DNA from: a virus
IMG/VR virus record: IMGVR_UViG_3300024255_000001
Length of the DNA stretch: 64,000 nt
Strand: one strand, 5' to 3'
The notes under the pieces were generated by a model. That model had not been told where the DNA came from. It made no database searches and saw only the letters and a list, made by a program, of their open reading frames with translations. Shown here piece after piece: positions 44,001-54,729 of the stretch; the stretch's first letter is position 1, and the number at the start of each line of letters is the position of its first letter. The translations under genes were made by a program, and so were the position numbers.

Positions 44001-46088
44001 CTATGAACAAGTCCCGTTATAGTTCAAACCACCGGCACCTGAAACCCATACCGGACCATTCGGGAATGAATCGTAATCAACCTGATGACATATTGTTAAT
44101 GAAGGAGTTCCGTATGGACAATTGTTGTTTTGTGTACCAATTGGAGATGACATTTGTACAGTTCCGTCACAGTCACGCCATTGGATTACATTACACTCGT
44201 TTTGGTAAAAACTAGTTACAACATACGATTGGCAAAGCGGCGGTGCTTGTGTTGTGGCAGGAGTCTGTGTTGTGGTTGCAACCACATTCCATTTTGCCCA
44301 AAGAGTTAATTTATCATAAATTCCTTCACTTCCCGTATATACTGATGTCGGTGGTACAGCTCCAGCACTATAATTTGTACCGGTAGTGTACTGACTAGTA
44401 TTCCAAGAATCAAATGTGTAACCGTCACGTACGTATGCTGTATTAGCTGCTACTGATAATGGGTGTGTACCAGTTTGATCTGGGATTCCCGTTGACCCAC
44501 TACCAAGAGTACCTCCATTAGGATTGTAAGTAATTTTATAGAGCTCTTCCCCGACAGCAGTGTCAGTATCACTTACTTGTTGCCCAGCATTACTATATCC
44601 ACTAGGTACTGTAACGACTAAAGTGTATGTATTACTACCTTCTCCTAATACAGTTGGTGTAAACGAAACTATAGTACCGTTATTCGACCAAGTCATGACA
44701 GCATTCGCCCCTTCTACGCCGTTAGCTACATTTACGTTAATATTACTAGCTGTATATAATGGTAAAGGAGTTTGTGTTGTTGGCGTCGGAGCCTGTGTTG
44801 TTGGCGTCGGAGCTTGTGTTGTTGGCGTCGGCGCTTGTGTTGTTGCATCAGCAGCATTCTGTGAAACAGCGATAGTTGCTGTAGTATTCGGATCTTGTGG
44901 GTGTGCAATAACTAAGTTACCACTTCTAGCAGAATATGATGTATTCGCTGCTACTGTAATATCAATATAACCTGGATCAGATGCATCAAAAGTAATCCAG
45001 CTAGGTTTACTAGTAATATCAATTCCACTAAATATTAAGTCATCAGTAGGACCTGTTTGGATAAACACTTCTAGACCTCCTCCTGTATTACTTAATCCTG
45101 TAAGTACGTTTGGATTTTCAAAGCTAATTGAATAATTAATTGGTGCTTCTGTAGTCGAAGAAGTCGTAGTCACTTGAACACCAGTCCAATCATTACCGGA
45201 ATTATCATACTCGTAACTTTCAGTAGATGGCACTAATTCAATACTTGGATCAGTACTCGTATAAGGAGTACCATATTGATTAACTAAAAGATCTCCATCT
45301 GGTTCAATGTTAATAGTATAACCTCCACCGCCTTGACCACAAGGAGCCATACAGAAGTCTACCCAAGTAATATTAGTTCCGTCAGAAATACCACCTTGGA
45401 ATACATTAGTACTAGAGTTATATCTAATAAGACCAGTATCTGGAGATAATGTATTATTTGCCGGTACTTTAAATGATGAGTTATCTGCAATAGAAAATCT
45501 ATCAAAAGCAGCATTAAACTCTACATTAACTGCAGCATCTAAATCAAATGATTTTCCAAAAGTATATTTAACAGAGTTATCTGCCTCATCACTAGAAGAT
45601 ATATCAATAGATACATTTTTACCATTATTATCAGCACCGTGCCATAGTCTTAAATATTCATCAGAGTCTAAACCACCTTGTACACCCTGTGCATGTTTAC
45701 CAATAGTTAATGTAGCTCTTAAAGCGGTCAACCCATCGTAGGGTGTATTTTCATTAAACATCTGATCCCCTAAAAATATAGTAGGGTGTAAATTATCAGT
45801 TGTAATTTTAGGCTTTAATATAGAATAAGTCTCATTAGCTGAGTCAGGATTGACATTAATAACATGCCATGGCGAAGTTGTAGCGCCTGTTAAACCTTGT
45901 GGCCCAACATCACCTTTTTGCCCCTTGCTACCAGTGTTACCCTTGGTACCTTGTATACCTTGGGAACCCTTCTGACCAGAAGGACCTCCTCCATTCGCTA
46001 CAATTTGATCAAAGTTATAGTTTATCTTCTCAAACTTAATAGCGTCCGAATCACTAGGGTGTAGTATTTCTTGTATATTAATGGCCAT
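44001..46088 (-). CDS. Tail fibre/adhesin: collagen triplets, BACON-like and InlB-B-repeat-like domains
   Basis: GPSGQKGSQGIQG... GXY run; PSWIT..VAANT...RSG...VSQ; YNPNGG...GYTFDSWNT...AKW. Confidence 0.7.
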   Translation of the reverse strand: MAINIQEILHPSDSDAIKFEKINYNFDQIVANGGGPSGQKGSQGIQGTKGNTGSKGQKGDVGPQGLTGATTSPWHVINVNPDSANETYSILKPKITTDNLHPTIFLGDQMFNENTPYDGLTALRATLTIGKHAQGVQGGLDSDEYLRLWHGADNNGKNVSIDISSSDEADNSVKYTFGKSFDLDAAVNVEFNAAFDRFSIADNSSFKVPANNTLSPDTGLIRYNSSTNVFQGGISDGTNITWVDFCMAPCGQGGGGYTINIEPDGDLLVNQYGTPYTSTDPSIELVPSTESYEYDNSGNDWTGVQVTTTSSTTEAPINYSISFENPNVLTGLSNTGGGLEVFIQTGPTDDLIFSGIDITSKPSWITFDASDPGYIDITVAANTSYSARSGNLVIAHPQDPNTTATIAVSQNAADATTQAPTPTTQAPTPTTQAPTPTTQTPLPLYTASNINVNVANGVEGANAVMTWSNNGTIVSFTPTVLGEGSNTYTLVVTVPSGYSNAGQQVSDTDTAVGEELYKITYNPNGGTLGSGSTGIPDQTGTHPLSVAANTAYVRDGYTFDSWNTSQYTTGTNYSAGAVPPTSVYTGSEGIYDKLTLWAKWNVVATTTQTPATTQAPPLCQSYVVTSFYQNECNVIQWRDCDGTVQMSSPIGTQNNNCPYGTPSLTICHQVDYDSFPNGPVWVSGAGGLNYNGTCS
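44773..44844. repeat. 21-bp tandem repeat encoding TTQAPTP
   Basis: About 3.5 copies of TGTGTTGTTGGCGTCGGMGCY. Confidence 0.85.
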
Positions 46089-46092
46089 CTTC

Positions 46093-49000
46093 TTATGACG
46101 TTATTTTTATCATAGGTCTTATTCTATAAGAGTAACCTAATCTTTTATTATATATCAATCTAAAATTAAGGGGCTTTTGTTCGTGAGCCCTAAAAGTAAA
46201 GTTTTGATCTTGTGTATATCCACCATCGTCTAATGCGTCGATAGTAGTTGCATTTTCAAAAGCTGAAAACTGTCCTTTGATTCTACGCGTAAATAGCTTA
46301 ATTTGATTTAGGCTAAATAGGTTGACCAAATTTTCTTCAATATAAAGTTGAGCATCATCAACCAAAGTGGTTTTATCTTCAGCAGAATCAGCCACTGCAA
46401 CATATTGTTGAATTGCATTGAATACTCCATCCGACGATAATTTATCTTTAATAGTATCTGTGATATAAAAATCTACAATAATGTTATCTTTATTTTCAAA
46501 TATAACTAAATCAGTAGTATTAGTATTATCTAATAAAATTACGTCTTGTTCTTCTTCTGACCCAACATACTCTGAAGTAAAATTAAGTAAATTATAGCTA
46601 TCTTTTACTTTCATAATAGTTGAAGCCAAATATGATTTCTCTTCTTTAGTTTCAAATGTACCAGGTACCTGCTCAATATTTCCACCGGATAAAGATCGAG
46701 TATAATAGTTTTTATCCCATGAAGATTTAAACACATGTACGTCTTTTTTATCAATAGCAACTTCACCAATTAATGGGTAAAGAGGCAGTTTATCTGTAGA
46801 CGTAGATAGTTTAGTTACCGACGCGGCGTTAAATTCATTTACCTTTCTATAGAAATGGTTTTTAATATAACCCCATTGATTGTCATGAGTACCACCGTCG
46901 TATATAAATCCTAAGTTAAATGCAACACCACATCTATTATATCTCTTATAGTAATCTTTTGCAAGATTAATTTCATCTATATCTGTTAGAGAGTGTTTAT
47001 ACATTTGTTCTTCTAAGATTATCTCTGTAGAATCCGATGTACTCTGTAAAGTATTGGTTTTCATGTGGCTATATACATCTGTAAAAGTAACCACAGGTTT
47101 AGTATCAACTGTATATCCACCATTTTGTCTAACTAGGAATGGATAGTATGTAAAACCATCTGTTAAATCATAACCAATATTACCTGAAAACAGTTTAAAA
47201 GATTCTGGCTTATCCGTATCAGGAATAGTTTGTACTTTAGAGTCTTTTACAATTTCAGTACCATCTTCTAAATTAATAACAAACTGGTTATTTAAAACTT
47301 GACCATCGTTATTTACGGTTGTAAATACTATATTGTTAGGTTCTCTTAATAACATTGTCGCTACATCTCTAGCGGATAGTGCGTCTAAAATAGATTTATA
47401 TGCATTTATACCTCCTTTTTCATAAGTATATTCTGCAGTTGACTGTAAATACGCAGGTATATTTTGTAAATTTGCATTTGGTGTTAGTGGAACTCCATTT
47501 GAATCTAACCCGTCACCATTATCACCATCTGAAATATCTTTAGGTGGTTGTGCTAATACTAAAGTATCTTGTCCATCTAACCTTGCGATATTTAATCTTA
47601 AAAACATCTCACCGAATGGAGATTCTATCTTAACTATTAAGTTACCAAACTTAGAATCATCATCCTTATTAATTTGCTCTAAAAATTGAGGAATTGAACC
47701 ATCAACATGCTGTAATCCATTTACCTCTAAATAATTAGAAGCACTTGGGTCTGTAAAATTAGCATCTCGTAAGTTAAGAGCTCCATCGATTTTAATATCT
47801 GAATATTCAAATGTTAGGTTTTCTGATTTCCAAACTAACGAATGATTTAATTCATATAATAATTTTCTATTTAAAGTACCATCTGACCATAAATCATCTA
47901 GACTTAATGAAATCATAAAGACAACAAATTTAAACTTTTTATTTTGTATTACTTCATAGTCGATACCATTTGATTCTTGTGCTGTTTTTACATTTAGTAA
48001 AATACTAAATCTATATCCATTAAATTCAGAAGACTTAATAAAATCTACTGGATTAGAGGCAGTAAACTCTTTTCTACCTTTAAATATAAATTTTAAACCT
48101 TTAAATATAGTACTTGCAAATGCAGTATTATTACCACCTTCAACTCTAGTATACTTTTTCTGTCTATCTGTTTTTACAAAAGTCTTATAGTTATTATTGC
48201 CCTTTGTCTCGAATCCTTCTGTTACAAAGAATCTATCAAAATAATCATAATTAGTATCTTTAAATATAGCAGGAGTAATCTCAAAGTTATCCATAAAGTT
48301 AATATAACTAAAAGAATCATTTAGCCTATATACAGGATTAGCATCACTACCTACGTTATTCTTAAAATAAGCTGGTAAATTATTAATGTAAAACCATTCA
48401 TGTGTCATACCTAATCTATTTCTACCATCGGCAGATAAATCAGGTGCAAAATTAGATCTACCGAAAGCCTCATTAGCGTTTAGGTAGTATGGTTGTTCTC
48501 TAACAGTTAAGCTATCTTTTAAAACCCATTTATTAATAGAAGGAACTACTCTTGACTTGATAGCATATTCTTTTAAATAGTTTTCTTGTAATCTATCAAA
48601 CTCACTAGTAATTTGATTTTCATTAAACTCATCTGCTTGTTCTTCTAATAAAATATCACTTAATCCGTTAAAATAATCAACTGGATTTAGCGTGTATTCT
48701 GTATTCTCTTTACTACCAAATGGGTATATGTCATTTGAATCATCTTGTTCAGGCTCGTATGCTATATTAGCAGGAGTCTCATAAACTAACTCTTTTAGGT
48801 CTGAGTTTGAAGTATCATAAAAATCAAAATTCATATCATGAATATCAAACGCAGAAAATAAACCTACTTTAACTAGATTATCTGCATAGGTTTTAATTTC
48901 ACCAGCCTCAATCGTATTAGGTTTTTCCAATACAATTTTCTTATATTGTAAAGGTAATCTTTCAATATCATCTACAATATCAATAACTTTATTATAGATC

Positions 49001-52000
49001 CCTCTAGATTTTGTATTAATATAATCATTTACATTAATATCACTAGCAGAATCTAATGTTACTAATATTGACTTGCCAGTTGAATTACCGCCATTGAAAT
49101 AATAAATTGAACTATTATTAATTGTATTACAATTCTCTGGGCTATCACAATCATTAATATCTAATCTAAGTAAATTATTTACATCTAAATTATTTGAATC
49201 AACACTAATCCACTGATTAGCATTTGCATTAGGGATTGCAATACCAGCAGATAATAGTCTATAACCTTGTACATCTGTTTTAATATAGAAGTGGTCAGCT
49301 CCATCGTATGATAGTGCTGTAAACCCATTATCTATAGAATTAATAGATTTTACTATTGCACTTGTAACTTGAGGTATGGTTCCTTGGTTAGAGAAATTAA
49401 CTCCACCAAATTGACCTGCTGGTATATCTAATGCAAAGAATGTATTATTATCAATATCATAAGGTACTTGCAGCTCTTCAATTCTAACAATAGAATTATT
49501 AACACCATTTGATTGCCATGGAATAAAATCAGGCTGTAATGGTTTTAATGTAGCTCTTTTTTCTGACAATATAATAGATCTATCTGACTCTACCTCAATG
49601 TTTAAATTATTGTAAAGTTCTGGATATACCTTTGCTCCAGTAAATTGGTCTTCCTCTCCAATTCTATTTTGAATATAAGTAGCAACACCTTGTATGCCCT
49701 GTCCATCAATATAAATAGGTCCAAACTCTAACAATTGCCCATCAGTAGGATTAACTATTGTAAATTTCCAATCCTCTTGTCCTAATGATTGCTGTGGAAT
49801 TAGCCTAGTAAACTTAAGTCTATATGTCTGTTCTTTTGAAGGGAATATTGCAAACCCATCGTTTACAGCAGGGTTCTCTAAGATGTTTACCTTTACAAAG
49901 TCACTACCTGGTTTTCCATCAACCTTTATATCGATTGAATTTCCAGTTTCAGCTAATTTAATTTCTGAAGCAATTGAATTTCTAGAATCTTCAACATTTA
50001 ACTCTAGGTTACTAGGGTTATATACTGTCTTTGGAGATATTTTATAGAATTTATCAGATGTTGCCGCGTACCCTAATGTAGGAGTTTCAGATATTAATTT
50101 ATATGGTGGAATAGCAGATGAATTTTCGCTATTAATATATGAATTAACATTTTTAAACTTAAGTCTTCCTGTATTTGCAGAATCTAATGTACCGTAACCT
50201 GAATCAATATCATTTACATATAAACCAAAATATCTACTAACAGAATAATCAGTAGCAGCGTCATCATTAAATAGGAACTCTAGGTTAATTAAATTTGCAC
50301 ATGCTAATTTATTTCTTTGGAACCCACTTGTAATTAACTCATTAGCATCGATTAACGTAGAATCTTGACTAATAAAATCGCTATCTAAATACTCTCCTTT
50401 AGAAGTAAACCCTCCATTTTCTAAATCAATACCATTAAATGAAGACCTTTGTAATTTATCAAAGTTCATTGTAATTGGAGTTTTAGGGAATGACTCAGAT
50501 TGTATATGGTTTCTAATATATGTACCTAATTCAGAATCTCTAGATAAATCAAATGTTTTTACAATTTCACTATTCTTTAAAATCTCTTTTATATTATCTA
50601 AATTAGATCGTGTATCAAAGTCTAAAGTACCAATAGGATCTTTTACTCTAAAGATTACAAATTTGTTAGGTATTGTTTTATCTAACCAAATAGGAGCCAT
50701 CATTCTAAAGTCTTCATCATGTATCTTAGAATAGTTATAGACTGTACCGTAATGGTAATCCTCTTCTATTTGATGTTCAAAAGTATCTTGTACTGCAAAG
50801 TTTGAGTAAGACTCTTTTATTTTGTATATTTGGTCTGCAGGTGTTTTAGTATTTTTAAAGAATCTTTGTAGATCGTATGACCACTTTCCATCTTTATTAA
50901 CTGCCCATTTTTTATATTCAACTGATGCTAATTCTTTTGTAGCCTCTATTGATTCAATATACATTTTACCATTACTATTAACTACTAACTTCGCGTTAGT
51001 TGATAATTTAGGGTTTGTTCTTAATAGTGGTTTAGAAATATTATCTAAACTATAATTCTTTTCTAGGTTAAAATTAGGAATCGATTTGTTAATAATATCA
51101 GCATCATCAACAGTCGCCAATGTGTATGTTTGGGGCAACTCTGTTTGCATCAAACAACCTTCACAATCAGTATATCCATAATTAATTACAGCCGCAGAGG
51201 ATAGCCCTAAATCAACTGGGTTAACCTGAACAGTTCTAATAGAATCATTATTATATTCTGTTATATTATCTAATATATCTTGAGCATCATCAATATTAAC
51301 AGCAACAATTTTATGTTGCATTGACATACACTCTAATACAGTAGGACCATTTATTATTCCTCTATCACCAATAACCTCGTGTAATTCTTTTATATAAGAA
51401 CTGCCATTATCAGTATCTTTATGTAAACCATCTATGACATATAAATTCCAATAAGGAGATCCATCTTGGAATCTCGCAACACATGATAAAAATGCATAAA
51501 ATACATTTTCTCTAGAAGCAATCGACTGACCTACTTCAAATGTAGAAGAACCTGCAGGTCTTTCAAACTGAGTACTACATGTACCTAAAATTATATTAGC
51601 ATCTTCTGTACTAGCATTACCAGTACTACCTTGTAATAAATCTGTATCGTTTCCAACTACGCCCTTCCATACATAGTTACCGGTATAACCACTTGAGTTA
51701 TAGTTTTCCCAAACAGCAAATCGCCTATCTGTGTCTAATGAATAAGTTGCATTATTGAAACTATCAACGTTAACCTTACTAGCTAAGAACGTAGTACTTG
51801 ACCATGATAATCCATAATCAACTTGGTTCGCAGCCTCTAATGAAGTAAAAGGTACTATATTATGTTGTAATATGTATTGTAATTTAGCCAATTCAGATAA
51901 AGACCCTACTCCATCTTCTTGATTAGCTCTAAAATAAAGTTTTGTAAGAACTAAATCACTGTCATCAGCTAAACAAACATTATCAATTCTAATAGGATCT

Positions 52001-54663
52001 ACTGTATTATAGTAAACACCAACATCGTATGTTTGGTATTTTATCCTTGGCGGGCAATCTTGTGCATATCCATCACTTCCTTCTACCCAAGCACCTTGTT
52101 GAAATTCAAAGTATTTGTCAGTATCGGCTGAAACACTATCATTATAGTAACCTGTTAATGCTGTAAACTCAGCAGGCGCAGAATTACTAAGATATGTATT
52201 AGCTATAACTTCATCAGTAAATATCTGTCCTCCTGCTGTAATAACTTGGCTTAATAAGACTGGCTGATTACTTGGATTTGTAGCATCTATTACGTTTTGC
52301 CAAACGGTTTGGCCTCCGTACTCATAAGTGCCTGCACATAAATCATTTACATCTTCATCAAAGTTAACAGTTATTTCCCATGCATTCCCTAAACTAACTT
52401 GACATTCTACAATAGTTTCTATTACATCTATGCCAAGCTGTATAGCTTTAGCATCACCACCACTAGTAGCCGAAACCGATAACCATCTAGTAGCTGGGTT
52501 AGAAGTACTAATCGCCGTTCCAAAAGCTGCATCTAAATAAATTTGATCTCCTGACGTTAAATCAGCTATACTAGTATTCCCGCTAGTTGCATCTAAATAA
52601 CCAGTATTACTTCTAGTTGCTGAACAAGCTTCGTCTGAGTTTGTTACAAATGCAGAATACTTTATTGCAATGGCCGCGGTTGGATTAACAGTTATCACTA
52701 CAGTATATGGGGTGGGCGCATCTTCATACCCATCATTAACCTGTATTACAAATGTAATTTGATCAGGCTGTGTTATACTATAGTTAGCTTCATACGTCCA
52801 AGCACCAGTTGTATTGTCTAAATCTAAAGAACCTGGGTTAGTAATGCCATTCGAAGAAGTTGGCCCTGATACGATACTCCATACTAATTGATCTCCAGTA
52901 TTAGAGTCAGAAGCAGATGCTGTACCACCAGTACTACTCCATTGATCTAAAGTAGTATTAAATGAAGTATTTGAAAATGTTGGAGGATTATTACCGGGAG
53001 CTAAAGTTCTTAATGTAATTATACCCACACCAGTTGATTCTTCACCATCTGTATCTGTTACCTTGTAATAAAAATACTCTTCTAGATTACTATTATTAGG
53101 TGTTAAATTAAGACCACTCTTTTTTGTATAAGTAAACGTAAAAGCACCTACATTTGAGTTAACTACAAAATCACCGTTCGTTAAACTTGCTGCAACTTGT
53201 GCTTCAGTTTGTGGAGTACCTGTATTATCACATAAAGTATATGTTAAAAGAGCCGACGCATCATTATCATCTGTTGAACCAGCTGAGGCAAGATCTTGTT
53301 GTGTTGATATATTAGTAGTACCAAATCCATTAATAGAATATGTTGCATTTCCAGGAACTGGGGCTTGATTTTGTGGCGGGTTAATTGTAACTGTAATAGT
53401 TCCAACTGTAGTTCCACCGTCACTATCTATTGCAGTATATGAAAAAGCATCATTACCCGTATAATCAGTATTTGGCGTATATATTATAGATGGCTGATTT
53501 CCAGTTAAAACAGCACTTGTCGATAAATTTGACCCCTGTGCATTTGCATCCTGAATATTACCATTTTGCGGCACACTAGTTATTTCAATAGTTAATCCGT
53601 TACCAAATTGATCTTCAGCATCAGATACATTACTCTGTTGCCCTGAGCCAACTGACCAACCACTACCACTAGCAAAATTTAAAGTTATTGGAGTACCATT
53701 CATAGTCATAGTCCTACTAAAATCAGGAGCTACTGGAAGGTTATTACCACCGGTTTGTGAAATTAATAAACTTGTAGAATTTACACCATTAACCCCTGGA
53801 TGTCGTAATGTAAAAGCCTGGCTTCTACCACTAGCAGTTGGGTTAGCATTAATATTAAATTCAATACTACCACCAGTTACAGTTGAAGATACATTAGTTG
53901 AAATCCAAGCAACTGTACTAGGATTAGGGTCAATGTGACTCGAGTTAAATGCAGTTGAGTTATTTGTAATTGTAAAAATCCTAGTTGTACTAGATGCCGC
54001 GGCCGGAGCATTATATGTGGCATCATTATTCCAAGCAATCGCTGGAGCTAAAGTTGTCGTTGTACCCGTCCCACTAACTTGGCATGTTATAGCAACACCG
54101 GAATTTGAATATCCAGCAGGTGCAATAACATCAACATCATAATTTTGAGTACCCAATGCATATTGAGGAGGGTCAACACTATCTATTGTACCTTCATCTA
54201 CCGAAGCTATAACATTAATTCCGACTGCACCGGCTTGTATTGACACATTAGCTTCAGAACATGTAAACTCTGGCAATGTTGTCGTTGTTGTAGGCTCCTC
54301 AGTTGTCGTTGTTGGGGCCTCAGTTGTCGTTGTTGGGGCCTCAGTTGTCGTACTAGTCGTTATTATTGACGCGGATATTAAACCAGAATTAGATATTTGT
54401 GTGGCAACAATACTACCATCATTTGGTTGTTGGAATGCGTAGAAATCTTGTCCCCCTGCAAATCCACTACTTAAAGTACCTGAAGCTGCATCGGGATTAT
54501 TATCATTCACCTGATAAACAATGTCACCGGTCGTAACATAACCCACATTATTACTGTCATTAACCCAAGCAATAATTGTACTTCCTGTCCCCCAGTTTGC
54601 TATCGCACTGGCAGCAGTAGAAAATCCAGATGTAGTATTAAGTGTAAAACTTATATTTGCCAT
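46093..54663 (-). CDS. Giant virion protein (2856 aa): N-terminal BACON and Ig/cadherin-like repeats, C-terminal structural region
   Basis: AWIST..ANPT..RS; NxxPV...YTPNTDYTGNDAFSYT..D.DG repeats; own late box at 54701-54708. Confidence 0.7.
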   Translation of the reverse strand: MANISFTLNTTSGFSTAASAIANWGTGSTIIAWVNDSNNVGYVTTGDIVYQVNDNNPDAASGTLSSGFAGGQDFYAFQQPNDGSIVATQISNSGLISASIITTSTTTEAPTTTTEAPTTTTEEPTTTTTLPEFTCSEANVSIQAGAVGINVIASVDEGTIDSVDPPQYALGTQNYDVDVIAPAGYSNSGVAITCQVSGTGTTTTLAPAIAWNNDATYNAPAAASSTTRIFTITNNSTAFNSSHIDPNPSTVAWISTNVSSTVTGGSIEFNINANPTASGRSQAFTLRHPGVNGVNSTSLLISQTGGNNLPVAPDFSRTMTMNGTPITLNFASGSGWSVGSGQQSNVSDAEDQFGNGLTIEITSVPQNGNIQDANAQGSNLSTSAVLTGNQPSIIYTPNTDYTGNDAFSYTAIDSDGGTTVGTITVTINPPQNQAPVPGNATYSINGFGTTNISTQQDLASAGSTDDNDASALLTYTLCDNTGTPQTEAQVAASLTNGDFVVNSNVGAFTFTYTKKSGLNLTPNNSNLEEYFYYKVTDTDGEESTGVGIITLRTLAPGNNPPTFSNTSFNTTLDQWSSTGGTASASDSNTGDQLVWSIVSGPTSSNGITNPGSLDLDNTTGAWTYEANYSITQPDQITFVIQVNDGYEDAPTPYTVVITVNPTAAIAIKYSAFVTNSDEACSATRSNTGYLDATSGNTSIADLTSGDQIYLDAAFGTAISTSNPATRWLSVSATSGGDAKAIQLGIDVIETIVECQVSLGNAWEITVNFDEDVNDLCAGTYEYGGQTVWQNVIDATNPSNQPVLLSQVITAGGQIFTDEVIANTYLSNSAPAEFTALTGYYNDSVSADTDKYFEFQQGAWVEGSDGYAQDCPPRIKYQTYDVGVYYNTVDPIRIDNVCLADDSDLVLTKLYFRANQEDGVGSLSELAKLQYILQHNIVPFTSLEAANQVDYGLSWSSTTFLASKVNVDSFNNATYSLDTDRRFAVWENYNSSGYTGNYVWKGVVGNDTDLLQGSTGNASTEDANIILGTCSTQFERPAGSSTFEVGQSIASRENVFYAFLSCVARFQDGSPYWNLYVIDGLHKDTDNGSSYIKELHEVIGDRGIINGPTVLECMSMQHKIVAVNIDDAQDILDNITEYNNDSIRTVQVNPVDLGLSSAAVINYGYTDCEGCLMQTELPQTYTLATVDDADIINKSIPNFNLEKNYSLDNISKPLLRTNPKLSTNAKLVVNSNGKMYIESIEATKELASVEYKKWAVNKDGKWSYDLQRFFKNTKTPADQIYKIKESYSNFAVQDTFEHQIEEDYHYGTVYNYSKIHDEDFRMMAPIWLDKTIPNKFVIFRVKDPIGTLDFDTRSNLDNIKEILKNSEIVKTFDLSRDSELGTYIRNHIQSESFPKTPITMNFDKLQRSSFNGIDLENGGFTSKGEYLDSDFISQDSTLIDANELITSGFQRNKLACANLINLEFLFNDDAATDYSVSRYFGLYVNDIDSGYGTLDSANTGRLKFKNVNSYINSENSSAIPPYKLISETPTLGYAATSDKFYKISPKTVYNPSNLELNVEDSRNSIASEIKLAETGNSIDIKVDGKPGSDFVKVNILENPAVNDGFAIFPSKEQTYRLKFTRLIPQQSLGQEDWKFTIVNPTDGQLLEFGPIYIDGQGIQGVATYIQNRIGEEDQFTGAKVYPELYNNLNIEVESDRSIILSEKRATLKPLQPDFIPWQSNGVNNSIVRIEELQVPYDIDNNTFFALDIPAGQFGGVNFSNQGTIPQVTSAIVKSINSIDNGFTALSYDGADHFYIKTDVQGYRLLSAGIAIPNANANQWISVDSNNLDVNNLLRLDINDCDSPENCNTINNSSIYYFNGGNSTGKSILVTLDSASDINVNDYINTKSRGIYNKVIDIVDDIERLPLQYKKIVLEKPNTIEAGEIKTYADNLVKVGLFSAFDIHDMNFDFYDTSNSDLKELVYETPANIAYEPEQDDSNDIYPFGSKENTEYTLNPVDYFNGLSDILLEEQADEFNENQITSEFDRLQENYLKEYAIKSRVVPSINKWVLKDSLTVREQPYYLNANEAFGRSNFAPDLSADGRNRLGMTHEWFYINNLPAYFKNNVGSDANPVYRLNDSFSYINFMDNFEITPAIFKDTNYDYFDRFFVTEGFETKGNNNYKTFVKTDRQKKYTRVEGGNNTAFASTIFKGLKFIFKGRKEFTASNPVDFIKSSEFNGYRFSILLNVKTAQESNGIDYEVIQNKKFKFVVFMISLSLDDLWSDGTLNRKLLYELNHSLVWKSENLTFEYSDIKIDGALNLRDANFTDPSASNYLEVNGLQHVDGSIPQFLEQINKDDDSKFGNLIVKIESPFGEMFLRLNIARLDGQDTLVLAQPPKDISDGDNGDGLDSNGVPLTPNANLQNIPAYLQSTAEYTYEKGGINAYKSILDALSARDVATMLLREPNNIVFTTVNNDGQVLNNQFVINLEDGTEIVKDSKVQTIPDTDKPESFKLFSGNIGYDLTDGFTYYPFLVRQNGGYTVDTKPVVTFTDVYSHMKTNTLQSTSDSTEIILEEQMYKHSLTDIDEINLAKDYYKRYNRCGVAFNLGFIYDGGTHDNQWGYIKNHFYRKVNEFNAASVTKLSTSTDKLPLYPLIGEVAIDKKDVHVFKSSWDKNYYTRSLSGGNIEQVPGTFETKEEKSYLASTIMKVKDSYNLLNFTSEYVGSEEEQDVILLDNTNTTDLVIFENKDNIIVDFYITDTIKDKLSSDGVFNAIQQYVAVADSAEDKTTLVDDAQLYIEENLVNLFSLNQIKLFTRRIKGQFSAFENATTIDALDDGGYTQDQNFTFRAHEQKPLNFRLIYNKRLGYSYRIRPMIKITS
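46149..46156 (-). promoter_or_regulatory. Late-type promoter box GATATATA for the 44001-46088 gene
   Basis: Inside the 3' end of the giant gene, 60 nt upstream of the next ATG. Confidence 0.45.
54297..54351. repeat. 21-bp tandem repeat encoding TTTTEAP
   Basis: CCTCAGTTGTCGTTGTTGGGG x2 plus partial copies. Confidence 0.85.
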
Positions 54664-54700
54664 TTAACTTTAATTCTATTTTAGAGAATTCCTTCTCTAG

Positions 54701-54708
54701 TATATATC
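54701..54708 (-). promoter_or_regulatory. Late-type promoter box GATATATA with a small leader hairpin (54682-54699)
   Basis: Intergenic; TAGAGAA/TTCTCTA stem follows. Confidence 0.6.
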
Positions 54709-54729
54709 CCCACTTTGAGATACCACTTA

